Shown here: positions 1-10,179 of the stretch, in pieces
Layout of the letters: every line of letters begins with the position of its first letter
Numbering within the stretch: position 1 is the stretch's first letter
Origin: Bacteroidales bacterium
GTDB taxonomy: Bacteria > Bacteroidota > Bacteroidia > Bacteroidales > UBA4417
NCBI GenBank assembly: GCA_038249705.1
Contig: JBBSDC010000004.1
Span: forward strand, 1-60,769
Reading direction: 5' to 3'
Length of the DNA stretch: 60,769 nt
Notes under the pieces: generated by a model
Database searches by the model: none
What the model was told of the DNA's origin: nothing
The model's input: only the letters and a program-made list of their open reading frames with translations
Program-made: the position numbers and the translations under genes

Positions 1-124
1 CACTATTCACTATTCACTATTCACTATTCACTATTCACTATTCACTATTCACTATTCACTATTCACTATTCACTATTCACTATTCACTATTCACTATTCA
101 CTATTCACTATTCACTATTCACTA
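1..124. repeat. Perfect heptamer tandem repeat (CACTATT)x17 plus CACTA, truncated by the window start
   Basis: Read directly; the last partial unit supplies the TAG stop codon (122-124, minus strand) of rfbB. Confidence 0.99.
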
Positions 125-1174
125 CCTTCCGCTATACATATTCTCATAATACTTCAGGTAATTCCCCGAAGTAACTTCGTCGAGCCATTTCTCATTTTCG
201 AGGTACCAGGCAACTGTTTTTTCAAACCCTTCGTTAAACTGAACTTCAGGTTGCCAGCCAATTGTTTCGTGTAATTTGGTGGCATCGATGGCATAACGCA
301 AATCATGACCGGCACGATCCTTAACATACGTTATCAGGTTTTCGCTTTCCCCTTCAGTTCTGCATAACATTCGGTCCATGATGCGGCAAAGGGTTTTCAC
401 AATATCGATATTCTGACGTTCGTTATTACCTCCTATATTGTAGGTTTCGCCATTTAACCCATTTTCATAAATCAGGTCGATGGCTTTTGCATGATCTTCT
501 ACATACAACCAGTCGCGTACATTGGTTCCTTGTCCGTAAACAGGAAGTGGTTTTTTATTACGTATATTGTTAATAATTAGCGGGATCAGCTTTTCGGGAA
601 ACTGATTAGGCCCATAATTATTCGAACAGTTCGAAATTACAACCGGTAAGCCATATGTATGATTGTAAGCTCTTACCAGATGGTCGCTGCTGGCTTTGGA
701 TGCCGAATACGGACTACGCGGATCGTAAGGTGTGGTTTCGAGGAATTTGCCTTCATCACCCAGCGAACCATACACTTCATCAGTAGAAACATGATAAAAA
801 CGTTTCCCGTCAAAATTGTCTTTCCAGGCATGCTTTGCTGCATTCAGCAAGTTTACGGTTCCAACAATATTGGTCATGATAAACTCTTTGGGGTTGGTGA
901 TTGACCGATCCACATGCGATTCGGCAGCAAGGTGAATTACCCCATCGAACTGATAAGCATCAAACGTAGACATCACAAAATCCTCATCCACGATATCTCC
1001 TTTAACAAACTCGTAATTAGGCAGTTTGTCGATATCGGAAAGATTAGCCAGGTTACCGGCATAGGTAAGTTTATCTAAATTTACAATGAGTGTTCCGGGA
1101 TATTTATTTACAAATAATCGTACCAGATGCGATCCTATAAAACCGGCTCCACCGGTTATCAGTATTTTTTTCAT
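122..1174 (-). CDS. rfbB: dTDP-glucose 4,6-dehydratase
   Basis: ITGGAGFIGSH, DKLTYAGNL, HLAAESHVDRSI, STDEVYG, PYSASKA, NNYGPNQFPEKLIP; start moved to ATG 1174 (MKKILITG). Confidence 0.96.
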   Translation of the reverse strand: MKKILITGGAGFIGSHLVRLFVNKYPGTLIVNLDKLTYAGNLANLSDIDKLPNYEFVKGDIVDEDFVMSTFDAYQFDGVIHLAAESHVDRSITNPKEFIMTNIVGTVNLLNAAKHAWKDNFDGKRFYHVSTDEVYGSLGDEGKFLETTPYDPRSPYSASKASSDHLVRAYNHTYGLPVVISNCSNNYGPNQFPEKLIPLIINNIRNKKPLPVYGQGTNVRDWLYVEDHAKAIDLIYENGLNGETYNIGGNNERQNIDIVKTLCRIMDRMLCRTEGESENLITYVKDRAGHDLRYAIDATKLHETIGWQPEVQFNEGFEKTVAWYLENEKWLDEVTSGNYLKYYENMYSGR

Positions 1175-1259
1175 ATTATCTTTTTTCAAAAATTAGCTTT
1201 TATAATGGTGACTAAAAGTACGATTTTTCCAAATACCTGTTGGGTTTGAAAAAAAACAT

Positions 1260-2279
1260 CTACTTCTTTCCCAACGCTTTTTCCCATTCCCAGGAAGTAA
1301 GCATCATTTCATCAATGCCTTTTTCGGCTTTCCATCCAAGCTCATCATTTGCAAAACGGGTGTCGGCCCACACTTTTTCAATATCGCCGGGGCGCCTGGG
1401 TACAATTTTATAATTCAGTTTCACGCCGCTTACTTTCTCGAAAGCATTAATAACTTCCAGAACAGAAAAACCATTGCCTGTCCCCAGGTTGAAAATTTCG
1501 AGTTCTGATTTTCCTTTATCGTTCATCATTCGTTCAACAGCAATAACGTGTGCTTTGGCGAGATCAACAACATGAATATAATCGCGAACTGCAGTTCCGT
1601 CAATTGTATCATAGTCATTGCCGAAAACGCTGAGGCATTCGCGTTTACCAATAGCTGTCTGAGTAATAAATGGCACGAGGTTATTCGGAACGCCAAGGGG
1701 TAATTCGCCGATTAATGAGCTATGATGCGCCCCGATCGGATTAAAATACCTTAAGGCAATAGTACGCAAACCATGCGCCGGAGCAGTGAAACGAAGAATA
1801 TCCTCACACATCTGCTTTGTATTTCCGTAGGCTGACCAGGCCGGTTTGAGAGGTGCTTGCTCGGTAACAGGCAACTCATCAGGTTGACCATAAACGGTAC
1901 AAGATGAAGAAAACACAATATTTTTGATTGAATGGACTTTCATCCCTTCGAGGAGATTGATGAGAGATTGCAGATTATTGCGATAATAATCAAGCGGTTT
2001 GGCCATTGATTCGCCTACCGCTTTATATGCTGCGAAATGAATTATTCCGTCAATATCAGAATGAGTAATGAAAAAATCAGCAGTGAGTGCCTGATCAGCC
2101 AGATCAAACTGGTAAAAATCCGGTTTAATTCCGGTAATTGCTTCTATGTTATCAAGTACCTCAAGGGTTGAATTTGAGAGATTATCTACTATAACAACCT
2201 GATATCCATTTTGCTGAAGTTCGACAACCGTATGTGAACCTATAAAACCTGTTCCTCCGGTAACTAATATTTTTTTCAT
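1260..2279 (-). CDS. galE: UDP-glucose 4-epimerase
   Basis: GGTGFIGSHT, HFAAYKAVGES, FSSSCTVYG, YGNTK, LRYFNPIGAH, RDYIHVVDLA, NLGTGNG. Confidence 0.96.
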   Translation of the reverse strand: MKKILVTGGTGFIGSHTVVELQQNGYQVVIVDNLSNSTLEVLDNIEAITGIKPDFYQFDLADQALTADFFITHSDIDGIIHFAAYKAVGESMAKPLDYYRNNLQSLINLLEGMKVHSIKNIVFSSSCTVYGQPDELPVTEQAPLKPAWSAYGNTKQMCEDILRFTAPAHGLRTIALRYFNPIGAHHSSLIGELPLGVPNNLVPFITQTAIGKRECLSVFGNDYDTIDGTAVRDYIHVVDLAKAHVIAVERMMNDKGKSELEIFNLGTGNGFSVLEVINAFEKVSGVKLNYKIVPRRPGDIEKVWADTRFANDELGWKAEKGIDEMMLTSWEWEKALGKK

Positions 2280-2437
2280 ACAATCCTAAAGATTAAATTC
2301 ATTATACTTTTTAATAACAAAGTTTTAACCACACATGTTTTGCAAACTGCTAAATCAGATATGAGCATTGCAGGCTAAAAAAAATATCTCATACCATATT
2401 TAGTGAAACTTACTTAATTAACTTCCTCAAAACTTAT

Positions 2438-3019
2438 TTATTCACCTTTACTTACCATTCCATTCCTGAGATGATAGGTAATTTTACTCTCGGGACAATC
2501 GGCATTGCCATCCTGATCAAACTTCAGTTTATGGCCATATTCGCTCATCCAGCCGGTTTGGCGTGCGGGATTTCCAACAACCAAAGCATAGGCGGAAACG
2601 TTTTTGGTTACAACGGCACCGGCTCCGATAAACGAAAATTCGCCGATTTCAATACCACACACAATTGTTGCATTTGCGCCTATTGTTGCTCCTTTGCGGA
2701 CGAAAGTACGTGCATACTCATTTTTCCGGTTTACAGCGCTGCGTGGATTAATAACATTAGTAAAAACCATCGAAGGACCAAGAAAAACGTCATCTTCACA
2801 CACAACTCCGGTATAAATAGAAACGTTATTCTGAATTTTCACATTTTTACCAAGCACTACGTCGGGCGAAACAACTACATTTTGGCCAATATTACATCCT
2901 TCGCCAATAATACACCCGGGCATAATGTGCGAAAAATGCCAGATTCGGGTTCCGTTTCCTATATTGCATCCTTCATCAATTATTGCTGAAGCATGCGCAA
3001 AATATCCTTTGTCAACCAT
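2438..3019 (-). CDS. Hexapeptide-repeat N-acetyltransferase, WbpD/WlbB-like
   Basis: [52 protein letters not shown]; next to a DegT-family aminotransferase. Confidence 0.85.
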   Translation of the reverse strand: MVDKGYFAHASAIIDEGCNIGNGTRIWHFSHIMPGCIIGEGCNIGQNVVVSPDVVLGKNVKIQNNVSIYTGVVCEDDVFLGPSMVFTNVINPRSAVNRKNEYARTFVRKGATIGANATIVCGIEIGEFSFIGAGAVVTKNVSAYALVVGNPARQTGWMSEYGHKLKFDQDGNADCPESKITYHLRNGMVSKGE

Positions 3020-3083
3020 ACACTTGTTTTACTCCTTCTATCACTGGCACCAATGCCAAATATTTGGGGTTGTTTAATTATTT

Positions 3084-4217
3084 CTATTCGTGTTCTAAAA
3101 ATTCAAGTACTGAAGAAGTGATATATATTAACTGCTCTTCATCCATTTCGGTATGCATAGGTAATGAAATCACTGTTTTACTCAGTTGCTCTGTGACCGG
3201 GAAATCGCCAGGTTTATAACGTGGATCTAGGTATGCTTTCTGCAAATGAATCGGAACCGGGTAATAAATCATAGCCGGAATATTTTTTGTAGCCAGAAAT
3301 TCCTGCAGCATGCTGCGATCAATTCCGTGAACCTGCAATGTGTATTGATGAAATACATGCGTTGAGTTTCCTGAAAGTACCGGAGTTATCAGTTCCGTCC
3401 TGTTACTGAAAGCAGTATTGTATGCTTGGGCAACCCTTTGACGGGCTTTTACATATTCATCAAGGTATTGAAGCTTAACTTTCAGCACGGCAGCCTGCAA
3501 ACTGTCCAACCGGCTGTTAACTCCAATATCATCATGGTAATACCTTACGGTCATACCATGATTTACGATTGATCGGAGTTTAATGGCAAGAGCATCATCA
3601 TTGGTAAAAATAGCTCCGCCATCGCCATAACAGCCAAGATTCTTTGAAGGGAAAAAAGATGTACAGCCTATATGAGCTATGGTTCCTGATTTTTTCCATT
3701 CGCCGGCAGCATTCCGGTAATCGGATCCGATTGACTGGCATGCATCTTCAATAACATAAAGATTGTGCTCTTTTGCTATTTGCATTATGGCATCCATATC
3801 AGCGGTTTGCCCAAAAAGATGAACCGGCACTATAGCCTTGGTTCGGGGAGTAATCGCCTTCGAAATGGCTTCGGGGCTGATATTGAAAGTTTCCGGATCA
3901 ACATCAACCAACACAGGAACAAGGCCAAGTATCGCTATTACTTCGGCAGTAGCAATAAATGTAAAATCGGGTGCAATTACCTCATCGCCAGGCTTAAGAC
4001 CTAAAGCCATCATCGATATCTGCAAAGCATCGGTTCCATTGGCACACGGAATCACATGTTTGACCCCGAGGTATTTTTCAAGATCTGTCTGAAATTCTTT
4101 TACTGCCGGTCCGTTAATAAAGGAAGTTGAATTAATTACCTCATTGATAGCATTGTCGATTTCGGGTTTAATTTTCTCATACTGAGCCTTTAGGTCGACC
4201 ATTGAAATTTTTTGCAT
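3084..4217 (-). CDS. DegT/DnrJ/EryC1/StrS aminotransferase, WbpE-like
   Basis: ANGTDAL, VHLFGQ, IEDACQSIG, SFFPSKNLGCYGDGGA (PLP lysine), NSRLDSLQAA. Confidence 0.9.
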   Translation of the reverse strand: MQKISMVDLKAQYEKIKPEIDNAINEVINSTSFINGPAVKEFQTDLEKYLGVKHVIPCANGTDALQISMMALGLKPGDEVIAPDFTFIATAEVIAILGLVPVLVDVDPETFNISPEAISKAITPRTKAIVPVHLFGQTADMDAIMQIAKEHNLYVIEDACQSIGSDYRNAAGEWKKSGTIAHIGCTSFFPSKNLGCYGDGGAIFTNDDALAIKLRSIVNHGMTVRYYHDDIGVNSRLDSLQAAVLKVKLQYLDEYVKARQRVAQAYNTAFSNRTELITPVLSGNSTHVFHQYTLQVHGIDRSMLQEFLATKNIPAMIYYPVPIHLQKAYLDPRYKPGDFPVTEQLSKTVISLPMHTEMDEEQLIYITSSVLEFLEHE

Positions 4218-4251
4218 AATCCTGAAAAAATAAATTAGAAATTCACGGGTG

Positions 4252-4259
4252 CAAATATA
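4252..4259 (-). promoter_or_regulatory. Bacteroidota primary-sigma -7 element (TATATTTG) for the DegT-rfbB operon
   Basis: Matches TAnnTTTG about 35 nt upstream of the start at 4217. Confidence 0.6.
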
Positions 4260-4373
4260 TCCAATGTTGAGGTGTAAACTTAGATTGAAGTTGTTTAAAA
4301 TTCTAAAAAAAACATAAGAATCCTAAAAAACCAGAAAAATTTCTCACATCAACCGTTAGCTCCTTTCGATTTG

Positions 4374-4381
4374 TATCTTTG
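4374..4381 (+). promoter_or_regulatory. Bacteroidota -7 element (TATCTTTG)
   Basis: TAnnTTTG match about 24 nt upstream of the CDS at 4405. Confidence 0.6.
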
Positions 4382-4404
4382 CAGGCATATTTTAAAGTGG
4401 GATC

Positions 4405-5172
4405 ATGAAATTACCAGGAATTTATTACATAATTACTTTTACTCTCTTACTGGCGCCTGCGATAAGCCGTTCGCAGGTTAATGTAAAAGATTCAGCCCTT
4501 AGTGTTGGAATGATTTACCCCACTTATGCTTTTAGCATGCCAGGCGGCGATATGACTGACAGATTCGGGTTTTCCCATCATATTGGCGCCGGATACATGT
4601 ATAAAGCTGCGAACGGATGGAGCATTGCTTTCGAAGCAAATTTCATTTTCCGCGATGGAGTAAAGAATCCGGGTAGTATTCTTTCGGGCATAACAACTTC
4701 TGATGGATTTATTATTGACGAAGGTGGCGTGTTTGCTAACGTGATGTTACTTCAACGGGGATTTACCATGTGGGCTAAAGTTGGTAAACTTTTCCCTTTG
4801 GCCAGGCCAAATCCAAATTCAGGAATACTGGTTCAGTTTGGCGGGGGAATGTTACAACATAAAATAAAAATTGAAATCCCTACTAATTCGGTACCTGCAC
4901 TTAGCGGCGACTATGTAAAAGGATACGACCATTTATGCAGCGGACCTGCAATATCGCAGTTTGTTGGATTTCAGCACCTTGGGAATTCACGAAAAATAAA
5001 TTTCTTTGCCGGTCTCGAATTCACAGAAGCATACACATTATCACGGCGCTCATATTATTTCAATGAAATGAAACGTCCGGATGAAAAACGCTTCGATATG
5101 ATGAGCAGTGTTAAAATTGGCTGGTATCTGCCTTTCTATAAAAAGACACGCGAAAAGTTCTATTATTATTAA
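4405..5172 (+). CDS. Hypothetical exported protein, probable outer-membrane beta-barrel
   Basis: Signal peptide ending ..AISRS/Q, alternating aromatic/Gly strands, aromatic C-terminus (KFYYY). Confidence 0.6.
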   Translation: MKLPGIYYIITFTLLLAPAISRSQVNVKDSALSVGMIYPTYAFSMPGGDMTDRFGFSHHIGAGYMYKAANGWSIAFEANFIFRDGVKNPGSILSGITTSDGFIIDEGGVFANVMLLQRGFTMWAKVGKLFPLARPNPNSGILVQFGGGMLQHKIKIEIPTNSVPALSGDYVKGYDHLCSGPAISQFVGFQHLGNSRKINFFAGLEFTEAYTLSRRSYYFNEMKRPDEKRFDMMSSVKIGWYLPFYKKTREKFYYY

Positions 5173-5197
5173 CAGAACACATCAATATCCCTGAGCC

Positions 5198-6463
5198 ATG
5201 CAGCATATATATTCTTTCCTGATAGTGTGTTACGGTATTTTAATCCGGATTGCTTCGGTTTTTAATCCTAAAGCTGCGCTATGGATTAAAGGACGTAAAA
5301 ACTACTGGGCTATTCTTGAAAACACATTCCGGGCACCTAAATATACTAACCCTTCGAGGAAACTTGCCTGGTTCCATTGCGCTTCCTTAGGCGAATTCGA
5401 ACAAGGGAGACCTATTATTGAAGCATTCGGACAACAATATCCAGGATACCTGATTTTGATAACTTTTTATAGTCCTTCGGGATACGAAGTCAGGAAGGCA
5501 TATACTGGAGCTGATCTTATTCTTTACTTGCCTCTCGATACACAATCGAATGCCCGAAAGTTTGTTGATACCGTTAAACCGGATATTGTTTTTTACGTCA
5601 AATATGAATTCTGGTTCAATTTCCTTAGTTACTTGCAATCGAAAAAAATACCTTTAATACTGGTTTCGGCTGTATTTCGTCCGGATCAGCATTTCTTTAA
5701 AGGATATGCTGAATGGCCACGTAAAATACTCAAGGGGTTTACAAAAATATTTGTGCAGAGTGAAGACTCGAAAGAGCTTTTGCAGTTTATAGGCATCGAA
5801 AATGCAGAAATAAGTGGCGATACCCGTTTCGACCGCGTTGCTGCTGTTGCCGAAAATCCACAACCTGTTGAAATTGCTGAATCTTTTTCAGCCGGGCATC
5901 GTGTTTTTGTTGCAGGAAGTATATGGCCAGCTGATGAAGACCTGATTTTCGGCCTGATCAAAAACAATACCCACAACCTTCGTTTTATTATTGCTCCTCA
6001 CGAAATTAAGCCCGAACATCTTGAATCGATCATGCAAAAAGCTGGTTCGAAAGCAGTACAGCTATCGACGACCAACACCGTAGATGTAAAAAATGCCGAA
6101 ATACTGATAATTGATTCTATCGGACAACTTTCGCAGCTATACCAGTATGGAGCAGTGGCTTATATCGGAGGCGGATTTGGCGTCGGCATTCATAATATAC
6201 TGGAAGCCGCCGCGTTCGGGTTACCGGTATTTTTCGGACCGAATTACCATAAATTTAAAGAAGCAAAAGACCTTATTAAATTAAAAGGAGCTTTTGAAAT
6301 TAAAAACGGGGAAGAATTATTAAAAAAAACAGATGAGCTGCTCGCTGATGATCAAAAACTTGCATCCACTTCGTTGGTGAGTAAAAATTATGTACTGAGT
6401 GGTAAAGGCGCTACTGCAATTATTCTACAACGTGTTAATGAACTTATTAGCTCAGGGATATAA
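5198..6463 (+). CDS. waaA: 3-deoxy-D-manno-octulosonic acid transferase
   Basis: WFHCASLGEFEQ, TFYSPSG, YLPLD, KYEFW, GDTRFDRV, IGGGFGVGIHNILEAAAFGLPVFFGP. Confidence 0.93.
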   Translation: MQHIYSFLIVCYGILIRIASVFNPKAALWIKGRKNYWAILENTFRAPKYTNPSRKLAWFHCASLGEFEQGRPIIEAFGQQYPGYLILITFYSPSGYEVRKAYTGADLILYLPLDTQSNARKFVDTVKPDIVFYVKYEFWFNFLSYLQSKKIPLILVSAVFRPDQHFFKGYAEWPRKILKGFTKIFVQSEDSKELLQFIGIENAEISGDTRFDRVAAVAENPQPVEIAESFSAGHRVFVAGSIWPADEDLIFGLIKNNTHNLRFIIAPHEIKPEHLESIMQKAGSKAVQLSTTNTVDVKNAEILIIDSIGQLSQLYQYGAVAYIGGGFGVGIHNILEAAAFGLPVFFGPNYHKFKEAKDLIKLKGAFEIKNGEELLKKTDELLADDQKLASTSLVSKNYVLSGKGATAIILQRVNELISSGI

Positions 6464-7546
6464 CAAATATTTAAACTGCTGATTGCGCAGCTGAGGTTCA
6501 AATCCGGCTTCTTTTATTGCGTGTTGAATTCCTTCTTCATCAAATTTATAATTCGCCCCGGCAACACTTACTACGTTTTCCTCAATCATTATCGAACCAA
6601 AATCATTGGCGCCCGAATGCAGGCATAGCTGAGCAGCTTCCTTTCCAACCGTTAACCACGATGCCTGTATATTTGAAATATTTGGTAACATCAGCCTGCA
6701 CATTGCAATAGTCCGAACATACTCTTCGGAAGTAACTGAATTTGAGATACCATGAATCTTTTTCAGCGTAGTACCTTCATCCTGGAAAGGCCACGGGATA
6801 AATGAAATAAAACCGGTAGCGCCTTCCGGTTTTTCATCCTGGACTTCACGAATGTATATCATATGCTGAATGCGCTCTTCCATTGTTTCAATATGACCGA
6901 ACATCATGGTAGCCGAAGTGGTAAGTCCAAGCCTATGAGCCTCGCGCATTACATCAAGCCATTGTGCAACTGTACATTTATTTTTCGAAATGCTGCCACG
7001 AACCCGGTCCGAAAGTATTTCGGCTCCCGCACCAGGCAGGCTGTCGAGACCGGCAGCTATAAGTTGTTTGAGCGTTTCATGGTAAGTTATGCTTTCGAGT
7101 TGCGAAATATGCACAACTTCGGGAGGACCAAGTGCATGAAGTTTAAGACGTGGATACAGTTCCTTTAACTGCCGGAAAAGTCCGGTGTAAAAATTGAGTC
7201 CAAGTTTAGGATGCATACCACCCTGAAACAGCAATTGCTCCCCGCCACGTGCAAAAAGTTCGTCAATCTTCTCTTTATACTGCTCAATCGTTGTAATATA
7301 TGCTTCCCTGTGATTTACACCTCTGTAAAAGTTGCAGAACTGGCATCCCGAAACACATACATTAGTGTAATTTACATTCCGGTCGATAAGCCATGTAACC
7401 TTTTTGTCCGGATGAAGCCGTGTACGCACTTCGTTGGCAGCGAACATAAGTTCGGCAGTTGAAGCGTCTAAATACAATGTAAGACCTTCATCAAGAGTTA
7501 GATGCGAGCCTTCTATTGCCTTTTTAAGAATGTGGAGATGCGCCAT
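6452..7546 (-). CDS. mqnC: Radical SAM CofH/MqnC family, probable cyclic dehypoxanthine futalosine synthase
   Basis: DRNVNYTNVCVSGCQFCNF (CxxxCxxC), QGGMHP, SLPGAGAEIL, TMMFGHIET, FIPWPFQ, QASWLT, GANDFGSIMIEENVV; start moved to ATG 7546 because a TACTTTTG promoter (7562-7569) overlaps the upstream TTG. Confidence 0.85.
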   Translation of the reverse strand: MAHLHILKKAIEGSHLTLDEGLTLYLDASTAELMFAANEVRTRLHPDKKVTWLIDRNVNYTNVCVSGCQFCNFYRGVNHREAYITTIEQYKEKIDELFARGGEQLLFQGGMHPKLGLNFYTGLFRQLKELYPRLKLHALGPPEVVHISQLESITYHETLKQLIAAGLDSLPGAGAEILSDRVRGSISKNKCTVAQWLDVMREAHRLGLTTSATMMFGHIETMEERIQHMIYIREVQDEKPEGATGFISFIPWPFQDEGTTLKKIHGISNSVTSEEYVRTIAMCRLMLPNISNIQASWLTVGKEAAQLCLHSGANDFGSIMIEENVVSVAGANYKFDEEGIQHAIKEAGFEPQLRNQQFKYLLYP

Positions 7547-7699
7547 AATGAGTAATTGGTGCAAAAGTAAGTATTTTAGTATCGCAACTTAAAACCCTAC
7601 TAAATCAATAGAAGACGAAATTTAATTGAGTAAACTAAATTATAACTCCTAGTACTATTGATTTGATAAACAGCGAACATACTATCTATAAAAGCCTTA

Positions 7700-8200
7700 T
7701 TACTGATTATAAATATCGAAATCAAGCACTTTCAGTCGCCATTGATTTTCCATTTTACAATGCCGGTATCGCAGCAGGTAAGAGGTGGTTCCAAGAGCAA
7801 TAAACGACCCGCCTACCCAGTAGATTGTATTATCTATAACCGGTTTCTCATCATTAATACCATGATTTATCATACTTCCACCGGCATATAAGGCTGATGC
7901 AAGGATGAGTTTTTTCCAGCTATACAAGAACCAGGTGCGTGGACGCATTACTTCATTTACTTTGCCTATATGAAAAGTATATTCCTTATTAATAGTGCAT
8001 AGCGAATCGTCAATATAAGTGATTTCGCCGGATACCCTGAACTCAGGGTCACCAATACGGATGGAAATTTTATCTCCTTTTTCGTATAGAAAACGTTTGG
8101 CTTTTCCCGGTTTCTGGAGCAATAAAACTTTCTGGGCTTCAGCTGCCTGGCTGAAAATCAATAACAAAACTGTCCCGAAAATGAGTAAACGAAAATTCAT
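7700..8200 (-). CDS. Hypothetical exported/membrane protein
   Basis: Signal peptide ending AEA/Q; two hydrophobic segments; no recognised family. Confidence 0.65.
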   Translation of the reverse strand: MNFRLLIFGTVLLLIFSQAAEAQKVLLLQKPGKAKRFLYEKGDKISIRIGDPEFRVSGEITYIDDSLCTINKEYTFHIGKVNEVMRPRTWFLYSWKKLILASALYAGGSMINHGINDEKPVIDNTIYWVGGSFIALGTTSYLLRYRHCKMENQWRLKVLDFDIYNQ

Positions 8201-8555
8201 ATCCTGATACTTTAATTTAGATAAAATTAAACAATTAAGTTAGAACTGAGTAGTTAATTTTTACTAAAAAGATTGGATTAATCCATATTGATTCAATCAG
8301 GCAAAATTCAAAATATTGATAATTTCGTATTCCTTGAATTCACATTTTTTAGCCCGAAACTTTTCATGTCGGCAGGTCATCAGATGTATTTCAGGGAGTG
8401 AATAAATCTGAAACCACAATGAGGCGTCATATATTCTAAAACGAGATTCAGAATAAAAAATAACGTTAAATTTCATTAAAAAAAACAGAAGGTTAAAACC
8501 TATGCGAACAAAATAATACATTTCCAGTTATATACTCTCCGATCTAAAAAAATCA

Positions 8556-8563
8556 TACCTTTG
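8556..8563 (+). promoter_or_regulatory. Bacteroidota -7 element (TACCTTTG) for ahcY
   Basis: TAnnTTTG match about 25 nt upstream of the start. Confidence 0.65.
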
Positions 8564-8587
8564 CACCCCTAAAAATCAGTTATAAAA

Positions 8588-10009
8588 ATGGAACAACTTA
8601 CTGTTGAAAACAATATGAAATATAAAGTACATGATATCGCGCTCGCCGACTGGGGCCGTAAAGAAATTGAAATTGCCGAAAAGGAAATGCCCGGTCTGAT
8701 GAGTATCCGTCGCAAATACACAGCTGAGAAACCACTGAAAGGTGCCCGTATTACTGGCTCCTTACATATGACTATTCAAACGGCTGTATTAATCGAAACA
8801 CTTGCTGATCTTGGCGCTGAAGTACGCTGGGCAAGCTGTAACATATTTTCGACCCAGGATCATGCTGCTGCTGCAATTGCTGCCGCCGGCATTCCTGTAT
8901 TTGCATGGAAAGGCGAAACTCTCGACGAATACTGGTGGTGTACCAACCAGGCACTCACCTTTGAAGGCGGTAAAGGCCCGCATTTGATTGTTGACGATGG
9001 CGGCGATGCTACTTTACTGATCCACAAAGGATTTGCAGCCGAGAAAAATCCAGCTTTACTCGAAGTAGCCGGAACAAACGCCGAAGAGCAGGTAATTATG
9101 AATCTCCTTCGTGAAACATATATTGAAAATCCTGAAAAATGGCATGGTGTTGTTGCTGACTGGAAAGGCGTTTCGGAAGAAACCACCACCGGCGTTCACC
9201 GTTTATACCAGATGATGGAAAAAGGAGAACTCCTGATACCGGCTATCAATGTAAATGACTCAGTTACCAAATCGAAATTCGACAACCTTTATGGATGCCG
9301 CGAATCACTTGCTGATGGAATAAAACGTGCTACCGATGTAATGCTTGCCGGTAAAGTTGTGGTTGTTTGCGGGTATGGCGATGTTGGGAAAGGAAGTGCA
9401 AAATCAATGCGCGCTTATGGTGCAAGGGTTATTGTTACCGAAATTGATCCGATTTGTGCATTACAGGCAGCAATGGAAGGCTTCGAAATAACAACCATCG
9501 AAGACGCTTTACCCGAAGGAAATATTTATGTTACCACTACTGGCAACAAGGATGTGATTACGGTTGAGCATATGATGAAAATGAAAGATCAGGCTATCGT
9601 TTGTAATATTGGTCATTTCGATAATGAAATTCAGGTTGATAAACTGAATACCATGTCGGATGTTCAAAAAATTGAGATCAAACCTCAGGTTGACAAATAT
9701 AGTTTCCCCGACGGCCATTCTATTTTTATGCTTGCCGAAGGTCGTTTGGTTAACCTGGGATGCGCAACAGGACATCCATCCTTTGTAATGAGCAATTCAT
9801 TTTCGAACCAGACTTTAGCTCAGCTCGATTTGTGGAAAAACAACTACGAAGTTGGTGTTTACCGTTTGCCGAAATACCTCGACGAAGAAGTTGCCCGTTT
9901 ACATCTCGAACAATTAGGTGTTAAACTTACAAGGCTAACTCCTGAACAGGCTGATTATATTTCGGTACCGGCTGATGGCCCTTACAAATCAGAGCATTAT
10001 CGTTACTAA
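8588..10009 (+). CDS. ahcY: Adenosylhomocysteinase
   Basis: [87 protein letters not shown]. Confidence 0.98.
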   Translation: MEQLTVENNMKYKVHDIALADWGRKEIEIAEKEMPGLMSIRRKYTAEKPLKGARITGSLHMTIQTAVLIETLADLGAEVRWASCNIFSTQDHAAAAIAAAGIPVFAWKGETLDEYWWCTNQALTFEGGKGPHLIVDDGGDATLLIHKGFAAEKNPALLEVAGTNAEEQVIMNLLRETYIENPEKWHGVVADWKGVSEETTTGVHRLYQMMEKGELLIPAINVNDSVTKSKFDNLYGCRESLADGIKRATDVMLAGKVVVVCGYGDVGKGSAKSMRAYGARVIVTEIDPICALQAAMEGFEITTIEDALPEGNIYVTTTGNKDVITVEHMMKMKDQAIVCNIGHFDNEIQVDKLNTMSDVQKIEIKPQVDKYSFPDGHSIFMLAEGRLVNLGCATGHPSFVMSNSFSNQTLAQLDLWKNNYEVGVYRLPKYLDEEVARLHLEQLGVKLTRLTPEQADYISVPADGPYKSEHYRY

Positions 10010-10027
10010 GCTTATCCTGAAAATATT

Positions 10028-10063
10028 AAAAGGCTGTCAAAAAAAAATATTTGACAGCCTTTT
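10028..10063. terminator. Intrinsic terminator after ahcY, probably bidirectional
   Basis: AAAAGGCTGTCAAA-loop-TTTGACAGCCTTTT. Confidence 0.85.
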
Positions 10064-10179
10064 ATTTTATTTGAGACCATTTTAGCTGATTCCGCTTAGG
10101 TTTATTGCACTTATTCAGTAAGCGGGCAATCCTGTTCGAAAAATTTGAATTACCAGTCCTGTTCGAAAATTATACCTTA

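Noticed and set aside
1-124. Telomere-like repeat
   Set aside because: It abuts an ordinary bacterial operon gene and similar heptamer tracts occur internally; better explained as a simple sequence repeat
8201-8587. SAH riboswitch or small CDS (8297-8521) upstream of ahcY
   Set aside because: No recognisable SAH aptamer motif; the promoter is only about 25 nt from the start; the ORF looks like AT-rich noise
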